From the NCBI GenBank assembly GCA_000965745.1, contig CP009479.1, forward strand, positions 1,440,001-1,504,000: a stretch of 64,000 nt of DNA, read 5' to 3'. A program made the position numbers and the translations under genes. Position 1 is the stretch's first letter. The number at the start of each line of letters is the position of its first letter. Below the pieces are notes generated by a model. It saw only the letters and a list, made by a program, of their open reading frames with translations. It made no database searches and had not been told where the DNA came from. Shown here piece by piece: positions 39,901-49,200 of the stretch. The stretch comes from an uncultured archaeon (GTDB lineage Archaea; Thermoplasmatota; Thermoplasmata; Thermoplasmatales; Thermoplasmataceae).

Positions 39901-40512
39901 CATCAGGGCAACTACACTTATGTTGCCAACTACACTATTTACGGCCTTAACATAACAGTTCAGGGAAATGTCAGTGTAGGCTCCGGAAAAATGCAGGTAG
40001 TCATCGACTTCCCGGAACTCTACAAAGTCAAGTTCAAGGAAAACGGGCTCAGGGACAAATCCTGGTGGGCCATAAACATGAGTGGATACAGTATTTCATC
40101 CTATGGCGACAGTATCATCTTCACACTTCCAAACGGCACTTACAATTTCTCAGTTTATGATTCGTCGCATCAGAGTTTCAACGTTGTAATCCAGTACTGG
40201 GGGCAGGGGGAAGGAGACTACACGGCGTCCGCAATGGTGTCATCCAGCCATAGCGCAAGCCACATTTCTCAACCGCTTATGGTAAACGGGAAAAACATCA
40301 CTGTAAAAGTGCTGTTCAACGAATCGCACGACCACCACCACACCCGCCATCATGGATGGAGGGAGACGTTGAATTCAATCGAACAGGCAGTGATTCAGTA
40401 TGTTGTATATCTTGAAGAGGTCGTCCAGATGGCTATTTCAACCATCACTGTCTCGCTGAAAGTGTATTTCTCCATTGCAATCCCGGGCTTATCAAGCATT
40501 CCACTGTCATGA
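36961..40512 (+). CDS. Large secreted surface glycoprotein: YncE/YVTN beta-propeller plus multiple FxESGL(P)xxxxW beta-sandwich repeats
   Basis: Signal peptide; YVTN/YVAN repeats with P.GIAYD spacers; repeated ESGLP..T.W..NGTY units; many NxS/T sequons. Confidence 0.85.
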   Translation: MEARFKSILMAAIFLAAVPAGSSLLFSNHTVTAGVSGQGTGTDGNISVADFLNLLGHRSNGTGSLNYSITSYYQALSEKYPSLSNFSGAPASNNVEFQESGLPTNSTWYVSLNGMNYSTNETSQTLSLPSGTYSYQAGSSSSYMARNPAGSLNVTGTELQINISFESSLSVKYTLSLKNGTLVKGNSAPLNSTNSPIGILSDPVNNYTYVTDSSTNLVYVIDQSGSIIDRITVGQNPSQLVFDNNNGYIYVTNSGSNNVSVINGSNNVVASISVGEFPFGIAYDSSNNYLYVANVFSSSVSIIGSYSNNAGEVVANVRLPSDFLPFSSVYDKSAGMVYFSNVNGNQIAEVQGTELAGYITVKGSPAMMAYDGVNGNVYVTDAQTSASTGYGYLSVIGSSGTVKANITIPGSVNPFGITYDQNRNLIYISDANSNQMIVFNPDNSQFINRINVGSEPYGVSVSQTGNSVEISNFNSGTVSFLGYAGAVRAVTFLESGLPSGTPWAVSVRNTSLSSSTGSIMFNETPGHYTFSPSHIDGYKLGINTNSFNLSGKNLVILVTYQKLFQVNISESGLSSGSPWGFTLDGSTYSTYATYLNLPLVNGTYSLVPYAPSANFTAGSTDFTVNGANISVNIQYVRAYSLNFTESGLKGGTLWSVVVNGTKHTSQTGTIHMMLTKGVYNFTVLNVKGYSLSNKTGRVQVTGSSNDVFIKFRALFSVEFIENGLYPHTQWNATLNGTSRNASADTISFLAVNGTYQFTLGVPEGYLIDRNSGTVEVSGANVTVTVHYTRLYNTTITEKGLARGTGWWAEIGGLNLTGNGTQIHSSLTNGTYTYKVSKVPGYKLVNGSGSFTISGNKAYVAVSYEKIYAIRFVESGLPSIYSWSVLFNGSEYNIRGNSTFIQAINGSYNYSIGSVSQYVPTNPGGIVNVSGSNVTVSLTFIKMMGTLNFTERNAPAGAEWYILLNGTYYHSSQNGSLYIKEHQGNYTYVANYTIYGLNITVQGNVSVGSGKMQVVIDFPELYKVKFKENGLRDKSWWAINMSGYSISSYGDSIIFTLPNGTYNFSVYDSSHQSFNVVIQYWGQGEGDYTASAMVSSSHSASHISQPLMVNGKNITVKVLFNESHDHHHTRHHGWRETLNSIEQAVIQYVVYLEEVVQMAISTITVSLKVYFSIAIPGLSSIPLS

Positions 40513-40532
40513 TTCATTCTTCAAAAACAGGC

Positions 40533-41414
40533 TCAAAGTCCGCCCAGGATTGTAAGAAGTATGTTGTACGCTGTAACGGCTATGAAAAAGGCGTAGGAAA
40601 CAACGGATGAATAAAAGGCTAGTTTGAAGAGGATGCCCTTGTCCTTGAACAGGGATATGAGGAATGTGATGCTCAGGATAAGTATTCCAAGGACAGAGTA
40701 TATCATTACTTCCCCGCTGTAGGTGTACACATGGAACCAGTTGAATGACGGCGTCAGAAGTGACAGTGAAAAAACGCCCATAACAGTAAGCATCACCAGG
40801 GAAACTCTCTTTCTTGAGGTTCCTATAAAAAGGAACAGTGACGCAATTGTCCCCTCGAAAATCGTGATGGAAAGGACAATTATGATGGTCAGGTTAACAG
40901 TGAGGGAGGCAAAGTGGGGTATGAATATGAATATCTTCTGGTACGGCGTCAACAAGAGCAGTACTCCAGCCCATACCGCTATTGCGAAGAGGGCCGAATA
41001 TGCATCATATATGCCCCGCCTGTAGAACAGTTCAGGGAATTTTACCCTGCTGCTTGGCGCCTTGAACGCGAACCTGTTCTTTCTGACATACTCGGCGGAA
41101 GAATACAAGCTTGAGCTTTTGATGAATCCGCTTCTTAGGTCTGAACCCGGAAGGTCTGAACTTAAAGAGCCCGCAGAATGGATTATGTTCATTGTAGTTA
41201 TCCTGGCAATAACCTTCTCCAGGGAAGAAAAAAAGCTCATTCCAATGAGTTCAAAATGTGAATGGAGGGGGTTGCGAAATTGTATCAGGCTGAATTCCGG
41301 CTTGCTGTAAAACCTTCTTCTCCTCAAGTTTGAAAATACATATAATGCAACCAGTGTTGCGATTATGTATTGAGGTATAAACGATACAAGATTGTTCAGA
41401 TCCGGAGTCGGCAT
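40533..41414 (-). CDS. Polytopic membrane protein of unknown function (third gene of the secreted-subunit operon)
   Basis: N-terminal TM, basic cytoplasmic region, about 5 C-terminal TMs. Confidence 0.7.
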   Translation of the reverse strand: MPTPDLNNLVSFIPQYIIATLVALYVFSNLRRRRFYSKPEFSLIQFRNPLHSHFELIGMSFFSSLEKVIARITTMNIIHSAGSLSSDLPGSDLRSGFIKSSSLYSSAEYVRKNRFAFKAPSSRVKFPELFYRRGIYDAYSALFAIAVWAGVLLLLTPYQKIFIFIPHFASLTVNLTIIIVLSITIFEGTIASLFLFIGTSRKRVSLVMLTVMGVFSLSLLTPSFNWFHVYTYSGEVMIYSVLGILILSITFLISLFKDKGILFKLAFYSSVVSYAFFIAVTAYNILLTILGGL

Positions 41415-41464
41415 CTTACATCTTCTCCCTTATTCATCTCTTTCCCACCAACCACTCTGCCATG

Positions 41465-42097
41465 TCAGAAGATCTGTTCCGTTATTGCTATGTTGACGGT
41501 CTCATCTGTATGGACCGAGCCACCGGTGGAGTTTGCAAAGCTGACAACATTGAGACTTAGGTATACGTAGTAGTACTGGATTATTTTGCTTGAAGTGGTG
41601 TAGGGGCTGAATGATATTGAAAAATTCAATGGTGTTGAAACTCCGATCTTGACAGGAATCCCGTAGTTGGAGAGGGATCCGTTGCTGAAATTCAGTTCTA
41701 GCTGGCCGGGTGATCCTGACTGGTTGAGGTATAATTTAAGCTTTGACAGGTGAGAATTGCCACTCATCTGTGTCACTTCCACGTATGAGTAAGCATCGAC
41801 ATTGCTGTAAAGTTCCTGGGAGATGAATCCGTAGATATTCTTGGGACTGCTGGTATTCGAAAGTTTCCATGTCCCGCTCATGGATACATTTGCAACATTG
41901 CCGTAACTGTTTATCTCCACATTGGAGGAAGGAAGAGATGAGGTATTGTTGGAAAGCTGGATGAAAGGCTTCACGCTGTGAGTCTGCAGTGAGAGTTGGT
42001 TGTTAACAATAACACTGCCGTATGCCGGTATTATCATTACCAGCATTCCCGTAACGGCCAATGCAGATGCTAATGTTTTCCAGCCTGCCATCTTCAC
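41465..42097 (-). CDS. Secreted beta-rich protein, putative donor-strand filament subunit
   Basis: Sec signal ending PAYG, mature N-terminus SVIVNNQLSL..SVKP, no C-terminal anchor. Confidence 0.6.
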   Translation of the reverse strand: MKMAGWKTLASALAVTGMLVMIIPAYGSVIVNNQLSLQTHSVKPFIQLSNNTSSLPSSNVEINSYGNVANVSMSGTWKLSNTSSPKNIYGFISQELYSNVDAYSYVEVTQMSGNSHLSKLKLYLNQSGSPGQLELNFSNGSLSNYGIPVKIGVSTPLNFSISFSPYTTSSKIIQYYYVYLSLNVVSFANSTGGSVHTDETVNIAITEQIF

Positions 42098-42109
42098 CCT
42101 TACCCTAGA

Positions 42110-42646
42110 TTACAGATACTCCGACTGCAATGTCATTCTGTCATTCGTTACCTTGGCAATTGAGCCCTGTAGCACAATGCTAAGGTACAGTTTTGATGAC
42201 GAAACATGTATCGGGGCACCGGTCTGAAGCTCAGTGCCTCCCACAACATTCCCGTTCTGGTAACTCATCGGTGAACTGCTGTAGAATATCTCCACCCCGC
42301 CCGGCAGAGTGCCGTTCAGGTATATGACAACTGAACCGGTGAAGCCAGGTGATGTGGCGTTAACGATCTCAAGGGAATTAATGAGTGTAGTGTTTCCAGT
42401 GCCGGGGGTGGTGTTCAGGTACAGTGTCTGAACGCCTGTGCTCTTGGCGCCGTTCCCGGTAAGAGATAAGTAACCAAGTTGATTGGCCAGTGAGTATCCC
42501 GGGCCGTCTGCAAGGTAAACCGGGTTGCTCTGGTTTGTATTGGTATTGACGCTAACGGGGTTGTTCACTATAACAGCGGCAGTTGCTAGGGACGGGAGCA
42601 GTGCTACACTGAATATAATAAGCCCCAGGAAAGTCTTCCTTTTCAT
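42110..42646 (-). CDS. Secreted beta-rich protein, putative donor-strand filament subunit
   Basis: Sec signal ending LATA, mature N-terminus AVIVNNPVSV...NPVYL, no C-terminal anchor. Confidence 0.6.
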   Translation of the reverse strand: MKRKTFLGLIIFSVALLPSLATAAVIVNNPVSVNTNTNQSNPVYLADGPGYSLANQLGYLSLTGNGAKSTGVQTLYLNTTPGTGNTTLINSLEIVNATSPGFTGSVVIYLNGTLPGGVEIFYSSSPMSYQNGNVVGGTELQTGAPIHVSSSKLYLSIVLQGSIAKVTNDRMTLQSEYL

Positions 42647-42801
42647 ATGTATCGAGATAATTAGGCATGAGTACTATATATTATTTTGCAGTTATATTAT
42701 TCTCAAAACGCTTAACTACTACCTCTAGAAGTATGATAACGCCCCATAATTTTGTATGTCGGTGATCCATTTAATAGGGACCTTTCCATAATTAATACGA
42801 T

Positions 42802-42978
42802 ATGACTGTACTCGGTCTCTGCCATATATGCAGCGCTCCAACCAACCTTCATTGCGGACTTTGCGGCAAGCCTACCTGCAATAAGCACTTGTCGTCCATC
42901 AGGGGGATGTCGGTCTGCCCTTCGTGCAGATTGAAGTTCGAGCCGGGAGAAGGAGAAAAACGGAAGCTTATGGAATGA
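42802..42978 (+). CDS. 58-aa zinc-finger protein missed by the ORF track (CxxC-x7-CxxC-x4-CxxH-x9-CxxC)
   Basis: My translation: MTVLGLCHICSAPTNLHCGLCGKPTCNKHLSSIRGMSVCPSCRLKFEPGEGEKRKLME*. Confidence 0.8.
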   Translation: MTVLGLCHICSAPTNLHCGLCGKPTCNKHLSSIRGMSVCPSCRLKFEPGEGEKRKLME

Positions 42979-44440
42979 GCCTGAAATTTTTCAGCCAGTC
43001 TAGGTCACTGTTGTATATCTCCCTTATATCTGAAAGATTGTAGTATATCATCGCCAGCCTCTCAAGGCCAAGTCCCCAGGCAATCACGGGCTCCTTCAAC
43101 CCTAGAGGCTTGGTCACTTCAGGCCTGAAAACACCTGAACCTCCAAGCTCAACTTCTTTCCCATTGATCTTCACAACCACATCAATGCTTGGCTCAGTGT
43201 ACGGGTAATAGGAAGGCAGGAACTTTATGTCCTTGAACCCGAGGCTCTCATAAAAAATGCGCATCAGCCACTTGAGGGTGGATATGTTTGCCTCCTTGCT
43301 ATGTACGGCACCCTCTATCTGGTGCAATTCTGCGAGATGTTTCCAGTCCACGCTCTCATGCCTGAAAACCTTCTCCACAGAGAACAGTGCGAGAGGAGCC
43401 TCCTTGTTCTCATAGAGGTATCTGATTGTACTGACAGTCGTATGGGTCCTGAGCAACAGTTCCCTTGCGCGTTTCTCACTCCAGTCATACTGCCATCCAG
43501 GGTACTCTTCAACACCCTTTTCATGGACCTTTTTCAGGACTTCTAAAATTTCCGGATGTTCGAACTCAACTTCCTTTCCGCTTTTGAGGTAGAATGTATC
43601 CTGCATATCTCTGGCAGGGTGATCCTGGGGTATAAACAGGGCATCCATGTTCCATCCGGAATACTCAACATAGTGCCCCTTCATCTCCCTGAACCCCATT
43701 GAGAGGAAAATCTCCCTCACTCTTTCAATAAGGTATGTCATCGGGTGCTTTGAGGCGGAGTCAATCTTCTCAACCGGGGTATTGAGGTCGTATGATCTGA
43801 ATCTCTTGCCCTTCCAGCTGCGTGACACAATCATATCAGGTGTAAGAAAATCAATTCTCTCCTCTTCTGCGTGAGTACTTAAATATTCTTCCCCATCCTT
43901 GCTTATCTTCACAAGCCTTGTTGTTACTGCACGCACTGAAATTACATTCTCCCTCTTCCTGAAATGGTCGACCAGGTCCTCAGGAAGATCCTTCTCCCCT
44001 TCCCTGAGGGAAACGAGAAACTTCTTTCTCCTGCCTATCTCCTTCTTGATCGCGTCTGGATCGGAAATGGAAATCTCACCTGCCTTGGGGCGGATCCCGA
44101 ATCTAGAAAGCTGTGCCAGTGCTATCTTCCCCTCAGAAGGGCCGAGAATATCCATGCATTTCCTGACAGGCAACTTGCCTTCTTCCTGCAGAACAAGAAA
44201 GAGTCTCTCCTCCGGAAGCCCCTTTTCCAGGAATTCCTCTCCTTCATTGGAAAGCTGTATCCTGCTCCCTGTTTCCTTCTGAAGCTCGATCAGGCCCTTG
44301 GAATCAAGCCAGGAAACAGCGCTTGATATCTCCCTGTCTGAAAGAGATTCAATCTCCAGGGACTGTTCCCTTACAAAGCCTTTATCCTTCGTGGAAAGCA
44401 GGTGACGCAGTACACGCTCCTCATTGCGGCTTATTTCCAT
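42968..44440 (-). CDS. pheS: Phenylalanine--tRNA ligase alpha subunit (archaeal type)
   Basis: QDHPARDMQDTFY, LRTHTT, FRHE, HQIEG, YYPYTEPS, WGLGLERL. Confidence 0.97.
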   Translation of the reverse strand: MEISRNEERVLRHLLSTKDKGFVREQSLEIESLSDREISSAVSWLDSKGLIELQKETGSRIQLSNEGEEFLEKGLPEERLFLVLQEEGKLPVRKCMDILGPSEGKIALAQLSRFGIRPKAGEISISDPDAIKKEIGRRKKFLVSLREGEKDLPEDLVDHFRKRENVISVRAVTTRLVKISKDGEEYLSTHAEEERIDFLTPDMIVSRSWKGKRFRSYDLNTPVEKIDSASKHPMTYLIERVREIFLSMGFREMKGHYVEYSGWNMDALFIPQDHPARDMQDTFYLKSGKEVEFEHPEILEVLKKVHEKGVEEYPGWQYDWSEKRARELLLRTHTTVSTIRYLYENKEAPLALFSVEKVFRHESVDWKHLAELHQIEGAVHSKEANISTLKWLMRIFYESLGFKDIKFLPSYYPYTEPSIDVVVKINGKEVELGGSGVFRPEVTKPLGLKEPVIAWGLGLERLAMIYYNLSDIREIYNSDLDWLKNFRLIP

Positions 44441-44563
44441 TATGACGTCATAATTAAGCTCAGTTAATAAAATGATTGCTTCTGTGCTTCAGCCTTAATG
44501 CATAGGAAATCATAACCCGGCATGATTTGAAAATAGGCAAATTAAATCAATAAACATACCATA

Positions 44564-45781
44564 TTGAATCAGGAAATGAAGTCGGGCAGCAGTGATGGCA
44601 CGGAAGACTCGGTTGTGGACGAATCCTCAACGAAGTACGGTCAACTCCCTGTTACTGTGGCCAATCTCTGGACGTCGGCCCAGAGAAAATCAAATTCCAT
44701 TCATGAAATCTCTTACCGTGCCTGCTTCAAAGCAGAACTTCCGGAATTCTTCATAACCAGGTACTCGAATGATGGGGACGTTGTGTATGACCCCTTCATG
44801 GGCCGTGGCACCACACCCGTTGAAGCAGCGCTGAACCGCAGAATCCCATTTGGTGTGGACATAAACCCGTTGTCGGTTATTTTTGCACTTCCAAGGCTTG
44901 CCCCTCCTTCCGTTGATGAAGTTAGAAAACGGCTCATTGAAATCCCCATGGAAAGCGCCCTTCATCCAGATATAGACCTTACAATGTTTTTCCATGAAAG
45001 AACGGAGTCGGAAATCATGAGCGTGCGCAAGTACCTTTCAGACAGAAGAAAGGATGAGGCGGAGGACAAAGTGGACAGGTTCATTAGGATGGTTGCAACA
45101 AACAGGCTTACCGGGCACTCATCCGGTTTCTTTTCCGTCTATACGCTTCCACCCAACCAGGCAGCGACTCAGGAGTCTCAGGTAAGGATTAACAGAAGAC
45201 TAGGGCAGGTGCCAGTTTACAAGGATGTAAAATCCATCATCTTAAGGAAAACCAAGTCGCTTCTAAGAGACATCGACAATCAGAGTTTAAATACGCTTCG
45301 TGATTACGGCAAGAAAGCTCTCCTCGGAGTCCTTGACGCAAGGGACACGTCCTCATTGATAAAGGACGGTACGGTATCGCTGACAGTGACTTCACCCCCA
45401 TTTCTCAACATAGTCCAGTACAAGCTTGACAACTGGTTGAGGCTCTGGTTCAACGGCATAGACTTAAGCGACCGGAAAAGAGAGCCCTTTGTGACATCAA
45501 ACATGTCCCAGTGGAGTAAATTTACGGGGGAAGTATTCACTGATCTCTATCGAATTACGAAGGCAGGAGGAAGGGTAGCTTTCGAGGTTGGTGAGATCAG
45601 GAACGGCTCATTGAAACTTGAAGAGTATGTTCTGGATGCGGGGAAGAAAGCTGGTTTTGACGTTGAACGCCTGTTTATCAATTCCCAGAAATTCACAAAG
45701 ACATCAAACATATGGGGCGTAAAAAACAACAGGGACGGGACAAACACTAACAGGATAGTCCTGTTCAGAAAGGGAGGATAA
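44564..45781 (+). CDS. Amino (N4-C/N6-A) DNA methyltransferase, apparently orphan
   Basis: VYDPFMGRGTT (motif I) and VTSPPF (motif IV). Confidence 0.85.
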   Translation: MNQEMKSGSSDGTEDSVVDESSTKYGQLPVTVANLWTSAQRKSNSIHEISYRACFKAELPEFFITRYSNDGDVVYDPFMGRGTTPVEAALNRRIPFGVDINPLSVIFALPRLAPPSVDEVRKRLIEIPMESALHPDIDLTMFFHERTESEIMSVRKYLSDRRKDEAEDKVDRFIRMVATNRLTGHSSGFFSVYTLPPNQAATQESQVRINRRLGQVPVYKDVKSIILRKTKSLLRDIDNQSLNTLRDYGKKALLGVLDARDTSSLIKDGTVSLTVTSPPFLNIVQYKLDNWLRLWFNGIDLSDRKREPFVTSNMSQWSKFTGEVFTDLYRITKAGGRVAFEVGEIRNGSLKLEEYVLDAGKKAGFDVERLFINSQKFTKTSNIWGVKNNRDGTNTNRIVLFRKGG

Positions 45782-46208
45782 ACTGGAAAACAGCCATTTA
45801 AGGCATTCTGCCTCGATTTTTGAACTGATATTTATCTTTATAACCTAACTGATAGCAAGTAACGGTAATTAGGACCTTTGGGGATACTTAATTAGGGTAT
45901 CGTGGAAATCTAGTAGAGGTATGGAATACCAGTTACAACACTAACACTGAAAACGGAAAATTCAAAGGTACCGGATATTATGTCTGGCAACCCGAAGAAT
46001 ATACCGTTGTTAATGTTGCAACAGACGGATGATCGTCGGTAAACCATCCCGCAGTTCCATGGTACCCTATCTTATGTATTGAAATTTATTCCGAGGTTGA
46101 TTTATAATTGGCACCTGATAATTTCTTGCAGTCCACTCTATTCCCGTTCTGTATTAAAGGTTATACATAATGGTTATAGGTATACCCGGGATAAATTTTT
46201 GACGAATT

Positions 46209-49200
46209 ATGAAACCTGCGTATTTTATTCGAACCATAGTGCTCACTATCAGTATTCTAGTTGCCATAAGTTCAGTTTATGTTATCTTTACGACAGCCGA
46301 GAACCCGGAGAAGCCGTCTGAGGGGCCAAGAGACGGCAACCCCTCTTATGCGCAGGCTTCTGTAGTGACAAACAGCAATGGCTTGTCAATACTCGACAAG
46401 GTAAATGGCTCTGGAATACCGGACCAGTACGTTTATCTGCCAAACTTCAACGCGCCGGGCCTGTCCGACAGTGGCGTAACACAGCTGTACAAGAGATCTC
46501 CTGCTCCAATGGGCATAGCAGACTACGGAATGATGGAACCGTCAGGGTTCGTTATTCCCTATGAATACAACACTTCTGGCTTCCTTGGCACAGTGAAGTT
46601 TGAGAGCATAAAACCATTTTACCCAATGAACAATAACCCCGGGTCCATTTCCACCCAGTTGAGTGCCGTTCTCTCTGGTGTCACCATCAATGGAAACAGT
46701 GGCAATGACTTATGGATCAAGAGCGTTATGCTCTACACTCCCGCTACATCAGAGGTACAGTTTATATCAAACATATGGGACCTATCCACTCCAGGTATGG
46801 TTTTCCCTGTAAATGCCATCTCATCGGGTAACGGCCAGACTGTGCCAGGACTGTTCTACCATTACGCATCACCGAAATTAACGATGTCAGGCGAATTTAC
46901 GGCAAGCCTGTACATGGACGCTGCAAACATCAACGGGAACAATGCGGTGATACTCAAGTATCAGTTTTCCAACACTGAACAGAATTTTACCAGTGATCTT
47001 GTGGCTTACGATACTGTTGTATTCAATTCGGTTTCATCAGACATCCAGACAGCCGCGAATGCTGCATTCGAGGTAAACGGTTTCAAGAAGACCGCCTCCG
47101 GGCTTTTGTATGATGCAGAACTCGTGGTTACCGGTCCGGGCTCAGGAAGCACGACAACCATATACGAGGCAAATGGCCAGCTGACCCTGAAATTCAGGGC
47201 TGCTGACGGGACCCCTACGAAACTTCCTGCCTCATACAACTTTGGCTCGAACACCGGTGAGACTATACAAGGTCTTTCTGTCTGGTGGACATCGCTCATG
47301 AAGCCTATGGCCCACCTCAGCCTCGGGCCTTCTCTGCTCGTCTCTCTGTGGGGATCACAGGTGAGCCATTCTGGAGCGGTGAATATTCAGGGAAAAATAA
47401 ACCCGCCCAACTCATTCGTTTTCATCAGCATGGGGCAGACATTTGACAATTCGACTGCTTCCTGGGCTCCTGTCAACCCCAATGGAACCTACAAATTCTC
47501 CATGCCGGGAAGGATAGACTATTCTGGAATGGTTATCCTCAGCAATTATGAGCCATTCTACTTCAAGACCGCTTCCGCAGAGACGCACAATGAGACTGGT
47601 GAAGGAGGGGAAGGGCAGCCTCACGGAGGGCAGGGAGGATCTGGTGAGGAAGAGACTGCAGCCTGGCAGAATGCTACACTCAGCCTTAGCCTGACCAGAG
47701 GAGTTTACACCCCTCTGTATGCCAACGGTAATGATCAGGTGAAATACCTGACTGTCGGCTCATCATCAAATGGGACTTATGCCGGCAACGGCACTAAAGA
47801 TTCCCCCTACAAACTGGAAAATAACCAGTACGCCAGTCTGAATCAGCTGTTTTCACACAGCAACTACTTCCTGTACCCGGAATTCTCAGGAATGCAGATC
47901 ATGAACACTGGCGCAAGCATCGATGTAATATCTCCGCCAACCCTGCATATCCATTATACCACAGATATGTACTGGGTTCTGGACAAATACAAGCTCCCAC
48001 TCGTAAACAGCCTCAATATGGTATTCTATAACACAAGCGGTGTCAAGGTCTTAGACGCCGACTCCATTTCCGGATGGTTCCCAACCACTATGCTTCATGC
48101 TCCAGCAGCAAGCATGATGTTCTATGGATCAACAGACTTCCTCATTGCTTCAGATACTTTCAGTGGCATGGGGGCATCACTTCTCGTCTACAACAATGCG
48201 ACTGCTGACACAAACGGAACAATCTGGGGAAACCACTTCCTGGCGGATCATGTGATTCACAGCCAGTATTCCCTGAACATCAGGGGCGCAGACAACCCGT
48301 CGGGAGTTTCAGCATACAGTTCTGGAAACCTGATCTACAACAATTATTTCACATCAGGAATATCTGCCTTCAGTACCGGGGTTGACCCATACACAGGCAA
48401 CGCATCTGTGGTGTACCACAATGACTGGAATCTCTCAGGAAAGATGCCAGTTTCATACGTCAAGCACGTGAACGGGTACAACCTGACTGGAAGCATAGTT
48501 GACAGCGGCTACCAGGGGGGAAATTTCTGGGACAGGGAAATCACGACCATACCGTATAACTCCTCGGGGGGAATATCACACGGAGGGGATTACCTACCAC
48601 TCATTGAAATAACATACGGGGTAGCGTTCAACAGCCTTGGGCTGCCATCTGGCATCCCATGGTCTGTCACCCTGGATAATTCAGCCAGGGCCGGGACAAT
48701 TGGGACATCGATCGACATACAGGTTCCAAACGGCACGCATGTCTACAGGATCGGAAGCCCTGCAAACTATTCAGCAACTCCGGTGAACGGAACCATAATC
48801 ATGCAGGGGAATGCACAGGAATTGAACATTACATTCACCCACATGACATACCCGGTTAATTTCATCAGAAGCGGACATCCGGATGGCTTATCCTGGGGAG
48901 TATCAATGGGTGGCAAACACTCAACCTCGACATCAGACGTAATTACTTTCCTTTGTGAAAATGGCTCTTACAGTTACACAGTGGACGCGCTAAAAAACTA
49001 TAGCGCTGACAATTCATCAGGAAAGTTACTCGTCTATGGAGGCGAGGTCAATGAAAGCGTCCAATTCATGTATGCCCTTCACAGGATAACAGTACATGTA
49101 ACAGGGCTGGCAGAGGGAAATGAATGGAGTTTCACGATATCAGGTGAGAGGCACATGTCATCATCATCCAACATGTCCGTCTCCAGAGGAACTGGAATCT

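Noticed and set aside
35145-45781. HNH nuclease plus MTase as one restriction-modification system
   Set aside because: Separated by over 8 kb of unrelated genes, with nothing linking them
45896-46080. Protein-like frame (VEVWNTSYNTNTENGKFKGTGYYVWQPEEY...)
   Set aside because: No start codon and an internal stop; possibly a decayed surface-protein fragment, but not assignable
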